Assembly: GCA_963665665.1 (NCBI GenBank)
Contig: OY762428.1
Coordinates: 3,936,001-4,000,000 of the forward strand
Source of the DNA: Candidatus Kapaibacterium sp.
Lineage (GTDB): Bacteria > Bacteroidota > Ignavibacteria > Kapaibacteriales > UBA2268
Reading direction: 5' to 3'
Length of the DNA stretch: 64,000 nt
Positions 30,333 to 39,722 of this stretch are shown here, in pieces. A program made the position numbers and the translations under genes. The notes beneath the pieces are model-generated. The model was not told the DNA's origin. It saw only the letters and a list, made by a program, of their open reading frames with translations, and did no database searches. Each line of letters starts with the position of its first letter. The stretch's first letter is position 1.

Positions 30333-31814
30333 ATGATAGATACACACGCTCATATTAATACCGAAGCCTTTGATGAGGACAGGGAAGAAATAATCAGGGA
30401 TTCTTTCAGCGAAGGCCTGGAATATATTATTATTCCCGCCATTGAACCAAAAGAATTTCAATCGCTTTTTGATACTGCAAATATGGACCCGCGAATTTAC
30501 TGCGGAATAGGTATTCACCCGCACAATGCCAATGAAGTAAACGACGAAACTCTGCGCAGGATTGAAGAGCTTTCGGAATCAGAAAAAGTAGTTGCCATTG
30601 GCGAGATCGGATTGGATTATTTCTATGATTTCAATCCGAAAGAGCTGCAGCAGGAAGCTTTCAGGAAGCAATTGCAAATAGCAAAACGGAAAAACCTTCC
30701 CGTGATAATTCACAACAGGGAATCCGATGAGGATTTGATTCGCATTCTTGAAGAAGAGCAGAACGGTGCGCTACGGGGAGTGCTTCATTGCTTTTCCGGT
30801 GATTTGAAAATGCTTGAAAAAGCCCTTGAAATGGGCTTCCATGTATCATTTACCGGTAATATTACTTTTAAGAAAACCAAACTTGCTGAAATAGTTAAGG
30901 CTGCCCCCCTGGAAAAGATAATGATAGAAACAGATTCCCCCTACATGACTCCCGTACCATTCAGAGGTAAACGTAATAGGCCTTCCTTAGTTAAATATGT
31001 AGCAGAAAAAATTGCTGAATATAAATCAATATCAATAAATGAGGTGATTTCGATGACAAGCGAAAACGCTAAAAAATTATTCAAATTGTCTGTCTTGGCA
31101 CTTATCTTTTCTTTCTCGGCTGCTTTAGTTTACGGCCAGGAAGAAGTTGATGATGAAACAGGCTATTACGAAGACGATGAATTCCTTGATGAACAGATGG
31201 AAGAAGATAATTGGCAGCCATTCAACAAAACTCTGGGATTTGGCCCGGTAGTAGGTTTCCTGACAGTTGTTGAAACCAGGTATCTGGATTATCTGACCCC
31301 CCCTCAGGACTATGAAGAAACCCACGAAGGTATTGTGGCTTTTGGCGGAAACGTATCATACAGCCCTCTTAATTTCCTTATTCTCGATTTAACCTATTTG
31401 TGGGGAAAGGATACAAAAACTTCAGATAAATGGGACGGCCTTGTTGAGCCAAGTACATACCAGGTTATTGAACTCAGCAGCCACTGGATATCTAACCCTA
31501 ACAGCCGGATAAATATATATGCCATGGGCGGTGCTAATGTTTTCCTGACTGAAATTGGCGGACAAAATAATACAACAATTTCAGATACTCATTTTGGTGT
31601 TCATTTCGGGCTCGGTTTCATGGCCAATATCGAAACCGGATACGGCTTAATTACTCCCAAACTGGAATGGCGTGTAGACTTTGCATTCGGCAGGGGAGAG
31701 GGAAACCATATTGAACCAATTTCCGGAACCAACAATGTTGATGTGAAGCAGATTGATAATTCAATTTTCTTTTCAATTCCAAGGGTAGTTATTAATTGGT
31801 GTCCTGATATTTAA
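30333..31814 (+). CDS. tatD: TatD family nuclease in frame with a signal peptide and an outer-membrane beta-barrel-like domain
   Basis: IDTHAH, GIHPH, AIGEIGLD, IHNRE, LHCFSG, ETDSPY in residues 1-250; then hydrophobic signal-like segment, acidic stretch and alternating beta-strand pattern. Confidence 0.85.
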   Translation: MIDTHAHINTEAFDEDREEIIRDSFSEGLEYIIIPAIEPKEFQSLFDTANMDPRIYCGIGIHPHNANEVNDETLRRIEELSESEKVVAIGEIGLDYFYDFNPKELQQEAFRKQLQIAKRKNLPVIIHNRESDEDLIRILEEEQNGALRGVLHCFSGDLKMLEKALEMGFHVSFTGNITFKKTKLAEIVKAAPLEKIMIETDSPYMTPVPFRGKRNRPSLVKYVAEKIAEYKSISINEVISMTSENAKKLFKLSVLALIFSFSAALVYGQEEVDDETGYYEDDEFLDEQMEEDNWQPFNKTLGFGPVVGFLTVVETRYLDYLTPPQDYEETHEGIVAFGGNVSYSPLNFLILDLTYLWGKDTKTSDKWDGLVEPSTYQVIELSSHWISNPNSRINIYAMGGANVFLTEIGGQNNTTISDTHFGVHFGLGFMANIETGYGLITPKLEWRVDFAFGRGEGNHIEPISGTNNVDVKQIDNSIFFSIPRVVINWCPDI

Positions 31815-31899
31815 ACTTTTAATATCAGCTTCCCGGAAAATAATTGAACTTTTCTGACATTTTGTAGCACTGGAACATAAAACAGCTGATGATATCTAT

Positions 31900-31938
31900 A
31901 AAAAATTCATCCCGGGGAAATGCCGGGATGAATTTTTT
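31900..31938. terminator. Bidirectional-type intrinsic terminator
   Basis: AAAAAATTCATCCCGG...CCGGGATGAATTTTTT. Confidence 0.85.
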
Positions 31939-32087
31939 ATTATTCCTCCTGATTTCAATTAAACATGTTTTTATTGTAAAAATCAATATTCTGAGTCATA
32001 TTAGCATTGGTTTATCTGATCAAAGTTATTTTTTTACAAAAAATTTTAAAATTTAGTATCAAAACAAGGATTAAATTAGTAATACCT

Positions 32088-32360
32088 GTGTTCCCCCGTG
32101 TTTTCCGAGTGTTCCCCCGTGCTTTCCGAGTGTTCCCCCGTGCTTTCCGAGTGTTCCCCCAAGCTTTCCGAGTGTTCCCCCGTGCTTTCCGAGTGTTCCC
32201 CCGTTCCTGCCGAGCGTTCCCCTGTTCCTGCCGAGCGTTCCCCTGTTCCTGCTGAGCGTTCCCCTGTTCCTGCCGAGCGTTCCCCCGTGCCTGCCGAGAG
32301 TTCCCCCGTGCTTTCCGAGCGTTCCCCTGTGCTTTCCGAGCGTTCCCCTGAGCTTTCGGA
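32088..32360. repeat. Minisatellite, 13 x 21 bp (G[T/C]GTTCCCC[C/T]GTGCTTTCCGA)
   Basis: 13 contiguous units counted, no spacers; minus-strand frame reads heptads such as KARGNAR and QEQGNAR. Confidence 0.95.
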
Positions 32361-32800
32361 ATTATCTTTTTGGACAAAATTTCAATCATTTTGCGGAAAA
32401 GATGCCTCTGTTGATATAAATGAAGTACTATCAGGAGCAGCAGAAATATAATATTTACCGGGATTTCAGTTCGGAATGATTATGATTTAAAACGCAGGCC
32501 CGGATATTTCAGAAAGATTCAGAACTTTTTACCCGATAAGAAGAGATCAACGAATTAAAAAAGCAATGACATAAAATTATGTGGCGTATGTATCATCAAC
32601 TTCTACAATATCAATATATCTGAACAATGAAATATAGCTTTTTGAAGTTGGCGGGAACTGAAACGGAAGAATAAAAAACCTCGGCAATTACTATCAGCTG
32701 TGTTCCGGATATTGCATACTACCCAATCAGGCAAAAATCCTATGCATTGCTTTTTAAAATTCGTAAATTGAGTTATTGATTGGAACAAATTCGGGGTTTT

Positions 32801-34690
32801 ATGTCTGTCAAGAGTAAAAACAAGCAAAAAAAGCAACAGCTGCCACTTCCAAAGAAAGCGGAAATTAATAACCTGGTTACATTAATGATTGTTACTGTAT
32901 TGTCGTTTGTATTATATGGTAAAACAATAAATTTTGACTTTACGGGATTTGACGATAAGAAAATAATTGTTGAGCAAAATGAAGAAATCTCGGGTTTAGA
33001 TAAAATACCACATTCATTCAGCCGCGGTTTTGGCAATTACTACAGGCCCATACTCAGGATAAGCTGGATAATTGACGATTCCTTCACGGGTACGTCACCG
33101 GGTTTATATCATGCAAGTAATATTATTATTCATATTTTTTCAACCTGGGTATTATTCATCTTACTGACAAGATTTATTGATGACAAAAAGATCGGATTAC
33201 TGCTGGCATTGCTGTTTTGTGCACACCCTGTTTTGGTTCAGGCAGTGGCCTGGATACCCGGCAGGAACGATTCTTTGCTGGCGTTGTTTGTGTTTTTGTC
33301 CTTTATAAGTTTTGATAAGCTGATAAAAGATTCCAAGCCCGTCAATATAATTCTTCATGCAATGGCGTTTTTTCTTGCTATGTTTACAAAGGAAACGGCA
33401 GCACTTTTCCCCTTGCTTGCTTTAGTTTATTATTTCATAAAAAATGATAAGTATAATTATAAGCCCTTGATAGTATCTTCAGTTATCTGGATTCTAATTA
33501 TTGCGCTTTGGTTTGTTCTAAGGCAGAATGCCCTTTCAGGTATTGAAAGTAGTGATATTATCGGATTTTCTGCTTTCAAAGAAAATATAATTATGCTGCC
33601 GGTTATGGCTGGTAAGGCACTCCTGCCGTTTAAGCTTAGTGTAATGTCGGACTTTGACAGCCTGAATATGGTTTTTGGGCTGGTTCTTTTTGCAGGAATG
33701 GCAGCAGCGATAGTTGTCACCAAAGATTTGAACAGGAAACTTGCAATTTTCGGAGTGTTATGGTTCTTTATTTTTATTATACCGGGACTTTTTGCAAGAA
33801 TGGAAAATGCTGCTGATTATTTTTCATTCCTGGAGCACAGGATTTATTTACCACTTGCAGGGCTGATAATTATAGCTGCTGCTCTTATCCGTCAGATAAA
33901 TCCTTCTGCAAAACCACTTAATCTGCTATTAATATTTATAACCCTGGTCTTTTCAATATTGAATATTTCCTATTCCAATTCTTTTTCGGACAGGCTGACT
34001 TTCTGGAAATCAGCAGAAATATCTTTGCCTGAAAAAGCAAATATTAAAGAGGTACTGGGAAAAATTTACCATGAACAGAAAAACAATAACGAAGCTCAGA
34101 AATATTTTGAACAGGCAATTGAACTGGCCGGCAGGGATTATGACGAATTTTATAATAATCTTGCTGTTGTACTGAAGGAAAACGGGAATATCAGCCGGGC
34201 TATTCAGATGTCCGAAAAATCTGTTGAACTTGCACCTCAAAACAGTTCCTATATGCACTTTCTTGGGAAAATGCTAATGGATGTGAAACAGAATAGTAAA
34301 GCTGAAAAATATCTAACCAAGGCCGGAAAATTAGATCCTGAAAATATTGATGTGAGAATTTTTCTTATTGGTATTTATTCGCAGGAAAACAGGACAGATG
34401 AAATAATTAAAGCCTGCAATGAAATAATTGGGATTGATCCCAATCATTTCCATGCAAATAATATACTGGCATCGATGTATGCTGCCAAAGGCGAGACTGA
34501 TAAAGCCGCCCATGTATGGGAAAAAACTGCGCAGCTTAAACCTGGGTATATTCCGGCATATATCGAGTTAATAAAATATTATGCGAAAAAGAAAGACAAA
34601 ACAAAGGTAGATGAATTCATAAATAAAATGAATCAATATGGTGCTGAAATACCAAATGAAATAAAGGCATTATTGATCAACTTAAAATGA
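32801..34690 (+). CDS. TMTC-like polytopic membrane protein (GT-C glycosyltransferase-like) with C-terminal TPRs
   Basis: FDD loop, YYRP, HPVLVQAVAWIPGRND, KE, EHRIYLP, then TPR repeats. Confidence 0.85.
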   Translation: MSVKSKNKQKKQQLPLPKKAEINNLVTLMIVTVLSFVLYGKTINFDFTGFDDKKIIVEQNEEISGLDKIPHSFSRGFGNYYRPILRISWIIDDSFTGTSPGLYHASNIIIHIFSTWVLFILLTRFIDDKKIGLLLALLFCAHPVLVQAVAWIPGRNDSLLALFVFLSFISFDKLIKDSKPVNIILHAMAFFLAMFTKETAALFPLLALVYYFIKNDKYNYKPLIVSSVIWILIIALWFVLRQNALSGIESSDIIGFSAFKENIIMLPVMAGKALLPFKLSVMSDFDSLNMVFGLVLFAGMAAAIVVTKDLNRKLAIFGVLWFFIFIIPGLFARMENAADYFSFLEHRIYLPLAGLIIIAAALIRQINPSAKPLNLLLIFITLVFSILNISYSNSFSDRLTFWKSAEISLPEKANIKEVLGKIYHEQKNNNEAQKYFEQAIELAGRDYDEFYNNLAVVLKENGNISRAIQMSEKSVELAPQNSSYMHFLGKMLMDVKQNSKAEKYLTKAGKLDPENIDVRIFLIGIYSQENRTDEIIKACNEIIGIDPNHFHANNILASMYAAKGETDKAAHVWEKTAQLKPGYIPAYIELIKYYAKKKDKTKVDEFINKMNQYGAEIPNEIKALLINLK

Positions 34691-34698
34691 GGTAATTC

Positions 34699-35910
34699 TT
34701 GAAAAAGATAAATGTATTGCTGGTTTTGATATTATTTTCATTAATTCCGGCAGAAGCTGATGAAAAAACTCCCTACCTGATAATGGTGTCGCTCGACGGT
34801 TTTCGATACGACTACCTGGAGCGTGACATAACGCCAAACCTGAAAAAATTTGAATCAGAGGGTATTCGTGCTAGTTCTTTAAAGCCGGTATTTCCGTCTT
34901 CTACTTTCCCGAATCATCTATCAATAATAACTGGTATGTATGCCGAAAACCATGGAATAATTTCCAATAACTTTAAAAATTATTATACAGGTGAAACATA
35001 TTCAATAAGCAAACCACATTCCATGAATAATGCTAAATGGTATCTTGGCGAACCTTTCTGGACTTCCGCGCGCAGGCAGGGAATTAAAACGGCATCTTAT
35101 TTCTGGCCCGGCTCTGAAGTTGATGCTGAGTACATGAAGCCTGATTATTATTGCCGGTTTAGCAAGGATTCCGCTTATTTAAAAAGAATAAACGGCGTTA
35201 TTGAATGGCTGAAATTACCGTATGCTCAAAGGCCGAAATTTATTACACTCTATTTGGAGGAGACAGATTCCAGGGGGCACGCATTCGGACCTGAAAGCGG
35301 GGAGATAAATTCAGCTATCGGAATGCTGGATTCTCTTATCGGACTTCTTGAACATAAGGTAAATGATATTGGCCTGAAGGACAGTGTTAATTTTATTGTT
35401 TTGTCAGATCACGGTATGGCTAGTATCAGCAAGGACAGCATTATTAAAATTGACGAGATTCTGCGTGGCAGGAAATGTGATAAAGAAGTTTATGGCGCTT
35501 ATGCAATGATATATGCTGAGAATCCTGATGATATCTATGATGTTTTGAAGCTGAATGAATTCCATTTCAAAGTTTATAAAAAAGAAGATATGCCGGAATA
35601 TCTTCATTACTCGAAAAATGCCCTGATCGGGGATGTAATTATGATAGCTGATAAGGGGTGGATGATCAACGAGGATAAGGATAGCGGCTATTCCGGAAAT
35701 CTGGAAGGCGCTCACGGATTCGATCCGGTGGATATTGATATGCACGGGATATTCCTGGCAAAAGGTCCGGCATTCAAAGCCGGAATTAATGCCGGAACAA
35801 TTTTAAATATTGATATTTATCCTCTTCTTTGCCGGATATTTGGCGTTTTCCCACGAAATAATATTGACGGTAAGGCGGAAAGGGTCGATTTCATTCTTTC
35901 AGATAAATAA
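34699..35910 (+). CDS. Ectonucleotide pyrophosphatase/phosphodiesterase (alkaline phosphatase superfamily)
   Basis: Signal peptide; VSLDGFR, STFPNH, D..GH, SDHGM, GAHGF. Confidence 0.93.
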   Translation: MKKINVLLVLILFSLIPAEADEKTPYLIMVSLDGFRYDYLERDITPNLKKFESEGIRASSLKPVFPSSTFPNHLSIITGMYAENHGIISNNFKNYYTGETYSISKPHSMNNAKWYLGEPFWTSARRQGIKTASYFWPGSEVDAEYMKPDYYCRFSKDSAYLKRINGVIEWLKLPYAQRPKFITLYLEETDSRGHAFGPESGEINSAIGMLDSLIGLLEHKVNDIGLKDSVNFIVLSDHGMASISKDSIIKIDEILRGRKCDKEVYGAYAMIYAENPDDIYDVLKLNEFHFKVYKKEDMPEYLHYSKNALIGDVIMIADKGWMINEDKDSGYSGNLEGAHGFDPVDIDMHGIFLAKGPAFKAGINAGTILNIDIYPLLCRIFGVFPRNNIDGKAERVDFILSDK

Positions 35911-35986
35911 TTCTTTTCAATTCTGAGTTTCAGAAAAAAATTTTGAAACTTTTTCCTGATTTATGTGTTTTAGTGTCAGGTGAAAG

Positions 35987-36058
35987 ATGAATATTTTTAT
36001 TACACATATCGCAATCCTACGAACCGTCGTCATGTTTATGCCCGCGCGCATCTCCTGA
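35987..36058 (+). CDS. Putative upstream leader peptide 1, MNIFITHIAILRTVVMFMPARIS
   Basis: ATG preceded by AGGTGA; 23 codons; manual translation. Confidence 0.4.
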   Translation: MNIFITHIAILRTVVMFMPARIS

Positions 36059-36107
36059 CCGGTTCTTTAACAATTTACACAATTTTATAATTTTTAGGAG
36101 TTTAGTT

Positions 36108-36248
36108 ATGTTAAACAACATTTTTGTTTTTGTTTCCGGTGATTTTACCACCGCCGCAACCGTAGTCGTCCCTGAGCTTATTGTTATGAACAATGCTATT
36201 GGAAACAGTAAATTTATAAGTGTACAACAAAAACGAAAACGAAGATGA
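36108..36248 (+). CDS. Putative leader peptide 2 (46 aa, MLNNIFVFVS...QQKRKRR), coupled to the MATE gene
   Basis: AGGAG RBS 7 nt upstream; its TGA overlaps the MATE ATG (ATGA). Confidence 0.5.
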   Translation: MLNNIFVFVSGDFTTAATVVVPELIVMNNAIGNSKFISVQQKRKRR

Positions 36249-37687
36249 AAGAAAAAAAATATTTAATATCAGGGCATAAAATATCTGAAATTCCTGTTTT
36301 AGCCTCAAAGTTGTTTTCACATATCAGGCAGGCAATAAACGGGAAAGAATACGATTACACCTCCGGAAGCCTGAACAAGGCTATCTTCCTGCTTTCCATT
36401 CCCATGATACTCGAAATGCTGATGGAATCCATTTTTGCAATAGTGGATATCTTCTTTGTATCCCGTTTGGGAGCCGACGCTATTGCTGCGGTAGGGCTGA
36501 CTGAATCGCTGGTACATCTCATTTATCCGGTTGCAGCCGGCCTTGCAATGGTTACAACTGCACTTGTTGCCAGGCGAATTGGCGAAAAAAATAACCGAGA
36601 AGCCTCTGAAACAGCCTGGCAGGCAATTCTAACGGCGATATTTGCATCGGTACTGATAGGATTGCCGGGATTTATTTATGCCGAGGACATTCTGCGCCTG
36701 ATGGGAGCGTCAGAAACAATTATTATTCAGCATTCAGGCTACACAAGGATAATGCTCGGGTTTAACGTTGTTATTATGCTTTTGTATGTTATTAACGCCG
36801 TTTTCCGTGCTGCCGGCGACGCAGCTTTCTCAATGAGGACGCTGATGCTTGCAAACGGACTGAATATTATTCTCGATCCGCTGCTGATATTTGGTTTCGG
36901 GCCGATACCTGCTCTGGGAATCGAAGGGGCGGCCCTGGCAACAAATATCGGTCGGGGTACTGCCGTTATATATCAGCTTTACATGTTGTTTGCCGGCAGA
37001 GGAAGGATAAACCTACCCGGAATAAGTAAATTGCCGGACTGGAAGCTGATACTGAAAATTCTCCGTATGTCTGTTGGCGGAATCGGGCAGGCTGTTATTA
37101 CAACTTCAAGCTGGCTTGCACTTGTAAGGATAATTGCTTCTTTCGGCAGCGAGGTAGTTGCCGGTTATACTATCGGGCTAAGGATAATTGTATTTACTTT
37201 GCTTCCGTCGCTTGGCATAAGTAATGCAGCGGCAACGCTCGTGGGGCAAAACCTTGGAGCCGACAAACCGGACAGGGCCGAAAAATCTGTTTGGACGACA
37301 GGCAAGATCAACGCTGTAATTATGGGTACAATATGTATTTTCTTCATTGCAGTTCCCGATTTCTGGATTCGGATATTCTCATCCGATCCGGCAGTTATTC
37401 ACTATGGTGCCGAGTTTCTCAGAATTATCAGCTATGGTTTTGCGGCCTACGGTGTAGGGATGGTTCTTGTTAATTCGTTTAACGGGGCTGGAGATACCAA
37501 AACTCCTACTTATATCAATATTCTTTGTTTCTGGATGATTGAAATACCTTTGGCGATAGTTCTTTCCCAATGGACGGAATTGAAATACCAGGGCGTATTT
37601 TATTCAATTATTATTGCTGAAATAATTATGACTTCCATTTCCGCATTCATTTTCAAAAAAGGAAAATGGAAAACGGTCAAGGCATGA
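36245..37687 (+). CDS. MATE family efflux transporter
   Basis: About 12 TM helices; DIFFVSRLG..AIAAVG, NIILDPLLIFG...LGIEGAALAT, GQNLGA. Confidence 0.95.
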   Translation: MKEKKYLISGHKISEIPVLASKLFSHIRQAINGKEYDYTSGSLNKAIFLLSIPMILEMLMESIFAIVDIFFVSRLGADAIAAVGLTESLVHLIYPVAAGLAMVTTALVARRIGEKNNREASETAWQAILTAIFASVLIGLPGFIYAEDILRLMGASETIIIQHSGYTRIMLGFNVVIMLLYVINAVFRAAGDAAFSMRTLMLANGLNIILDPLLIFGFGPIPALGIEGAALATNIGRGTAVIYQLYMLFAGRGRINLPGISKLPDWKLILKILRMSVGGIGQAVITTSSWLALVRIIASFGSEVVAGYTIGLRIIVFTLLPSLGISNAAATLVGQNLGADKPDRAEKSVWTTGKINAVIMGTICIFFIAVPDFWIRIFSSDPAVIHYGAEFLRIISYGFAAYGVGMVLVNSFNGAGDTKTPTYINILCFWMIEIPLAIVLSQWTELKYQGVFYSIIIAEIIMTSISAFIFKKGKWKTVKA

Positions 37688-37766
37688 TTGAATATTTTAT
37701 AATTGTCCGGCAATTGCCTGACGGTAATTATTTCATATTAACGTCAATTATATTTTTATCTAAGAA

Positions 37767-37798
37767 GTCCAACACTTTTTGGGGTGTTGGACATTTTT
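37767..37798 (+). terminator. Intrinsic terminator after the MATE gene
   Basis: GTCCAACAC...GTGTTGGAC followed by a T run. Confidence 0.75.
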
Positions 37799-37952
37799 AG
37801 CGTTGAAGTTTTAATCGAAGCAGTGCATATAAAGCAAGGAATAAATCAAAATATTATTAAAAAATTATTTTTTAAAGGCGGAATTTATACCGAATTTTGC
37901 AGCTGTTATTTTTTATAAATTAAATCATTGTATTATTTAAGAAATTACTCTT

Positions 37953-39593
37953 ATGCTGACAATATCAAATATATCAATACATTTCGCGGGCAGATACCTA
38001 TTTGACGACGTTTCAATTGCTGTTGGAGAAAATGACAGAATCGGCCTGATAGGAAGAAACGGAACCGGCAAATCAACCATGCTTAAACTTATTGCCGGCA
38101 TTGAAACGCCCGAAACAGGAAAGATTACCAAACCGAATGACTATAAAATTGGCTACCTGCCGCAGGAAATCAAAACTGATTCTACCAAATCTATTTTTGA
38201 AGAAACTGAATCTGCTCTTGCCGATTTGAAACAACTTGAAAGCGATATTGCCGGATACACCAAGGAATTGGAAGAACGAACAGATTACGAGTCCGATGAA
38301 TATATGAAAATAATCGAAAACCTAAGCGAGGCCAGCGAGGTTTACCAGATGATGGGCGGTCAGTCGCTTGAAGCTGAAATTGAAAAAGTATTGATAGGAC
38401 TCGGTTTCGAAAGGTCTGATTTTGACCGCGGTATGAACGAGTTCAGCGGCGGCTGGCAGATGAGGGTGGAACTGGCAAAAATTCTATTGCAGAATAATGA
38501 CTGTATTCTGCTCGATGAGCCGACAAACCACTTAGATATTGAATCCATACGCTGGCTGGAAGTATTCCTGAAAACATATAAAGGTGCGATACTGCTGGTT
38601 TCCCACGACAGCCGTTTCCTTGATAATATAACAAACAGGACAATTGAGTTTTCTCTCGGCAAAGTTTATGATATGCCCTATCCATACACGAGGTTCAACC
38701 AGGAAAGAAAGACACAGCGGGAACTTCAGCTTGCAGCATATAATAATCAGCAGAAACAGATAGCCCAGCAGGAGAGGTTTATAGAAAGGTTCAAAGCCAA
38801 GGCTTCATTTTCATCACGTACACAGTCCAAAGTAAAAATGCTTGATAAAATAGACCGCATTGAAGTTGAGGATGAAGACAGGTCGCGCATTCGTTTCAAT
38901 TTTCCTGATCCTCCACGCGCCGGCAGGGTTGTATTCGAAGCAAAAAAACTCGGGAAAAGTTACGATGAAAAAAGGGTTCTGAATAATATCGATTTCGCCA
39001 TTGAAAGAGGCGAGAAAATATGTTTCGTGGGCAAGAACGGCGAAGGTAAATCAACTCTTTCGAAAATACTTGCCGGAATGGTGGATTACGATGGCGAATT
39101 AATAACAGGATCGAATATAAATCTTGGCTACTTTGCACAGCACCAGGCGGAAATGTTGGATCCCGACCTGACAGTTTTTCAGATAATCGATCAGGCAGCG
39201 GAAGGGGAAATGAGAAAAAAGATACGTTCGATGCTTGGCGCATTCCTCTTTAGCGGTGACACTGTTGAGAAAAGAGTAAAAGTCCTTTCCGGAGGTGAAA
39301 AGGCACGCCTGAGTATTTGCCGTTTGCTTTTACAGCCAATAAATATGCTTATAATGGATGAACCGACAAACCACTTCGATTTAATATCAAAAGAGGTGCT
39401 GAAGAATGCCCTGAACGATTATAAGGGAGCGCTGATAATTGTTTCTCACGACAGGGATTTCCTCCACGGGCTGACCAAAAAGACTTATGAATTTAAAAAA
39501 GGTAAAATTAAAGAATACCAGGGCGATATAAACGAATTCCTGGAGCAGCAGCAGATAGAATCACTTCAACTGCTTGAAGGAGAGAAAAGATAG
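37953..39593 (+). CDS. ABC-F family ATPase
   Basis: Two NBDs (GRNGTGKS/FSGGW/LDEPTNHLD and GKNGEGKS/LSGGE/MDEPTNH), no TM segments. Confidence 0.95.
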   Translation: MLTISNISIHFAGRYLFDDVSIAVGENDRIGLIGRNGTGKSTMLKLIAGIETPETGKITKPNDYKIGYLPQEIKTDSTKSIFEETESALADLKQLESDIAGYTKELEERTDYESDEYMKIIENLSEASEVYQMMGGQSLEAEIEKVLIGLGFERSDFDRGMNEFSGGWQMRVELAKILLQNNDCILLDEPTNHLDIESIRWLEVFLKTYKGAILLVSHDSRFLDNITNRTIEFSLGKVYDMPYPYTRFNQERKTQRELQLAAYNNQQKQIAQQERFIERFKAKASFSSRTQSKVKMLDKIDRIEVEDEDRSRIRFNFPDPPRAGRVVFEAKKLGKSYDEKRVLNNIDFAIERGEKICFVGKNGEGKSTLSKILAGMVDYDGELITGSNINLGYFAQHQAEMLDPDLTVFQIIDQAAEGEMRKKIRSMLGAFLFSGDTVEKRVKVLSGGEKARLSICRLLLQPINMLIMDEPTNHFDLISKEVLKNALNDYKGALIIVSHDRDFLHGLTKKTYEFKKGKIKEYQGDINEFLEQQQIESLQLLEGEKR

Positions 39594-39722
39594 AAATTCT
39601 TCAGAAATGTTAATAAAAAATATTGACGATTAGCTTTTACAAGTAAGATTTTTTTTCATTTAATGATTTAATTAGTTATCTTAATAATAAGGGAATTAGT
39701 TAAACAGATTTATCGAATTAAA

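Noticed and set aside
32088-32360. CRISPR array (unit begins GTGTTCCCC, like type I-E repeats)
   Set aside because: Units are contiguous 21-mers with no unique spacers, and there are no cas genes in the window.
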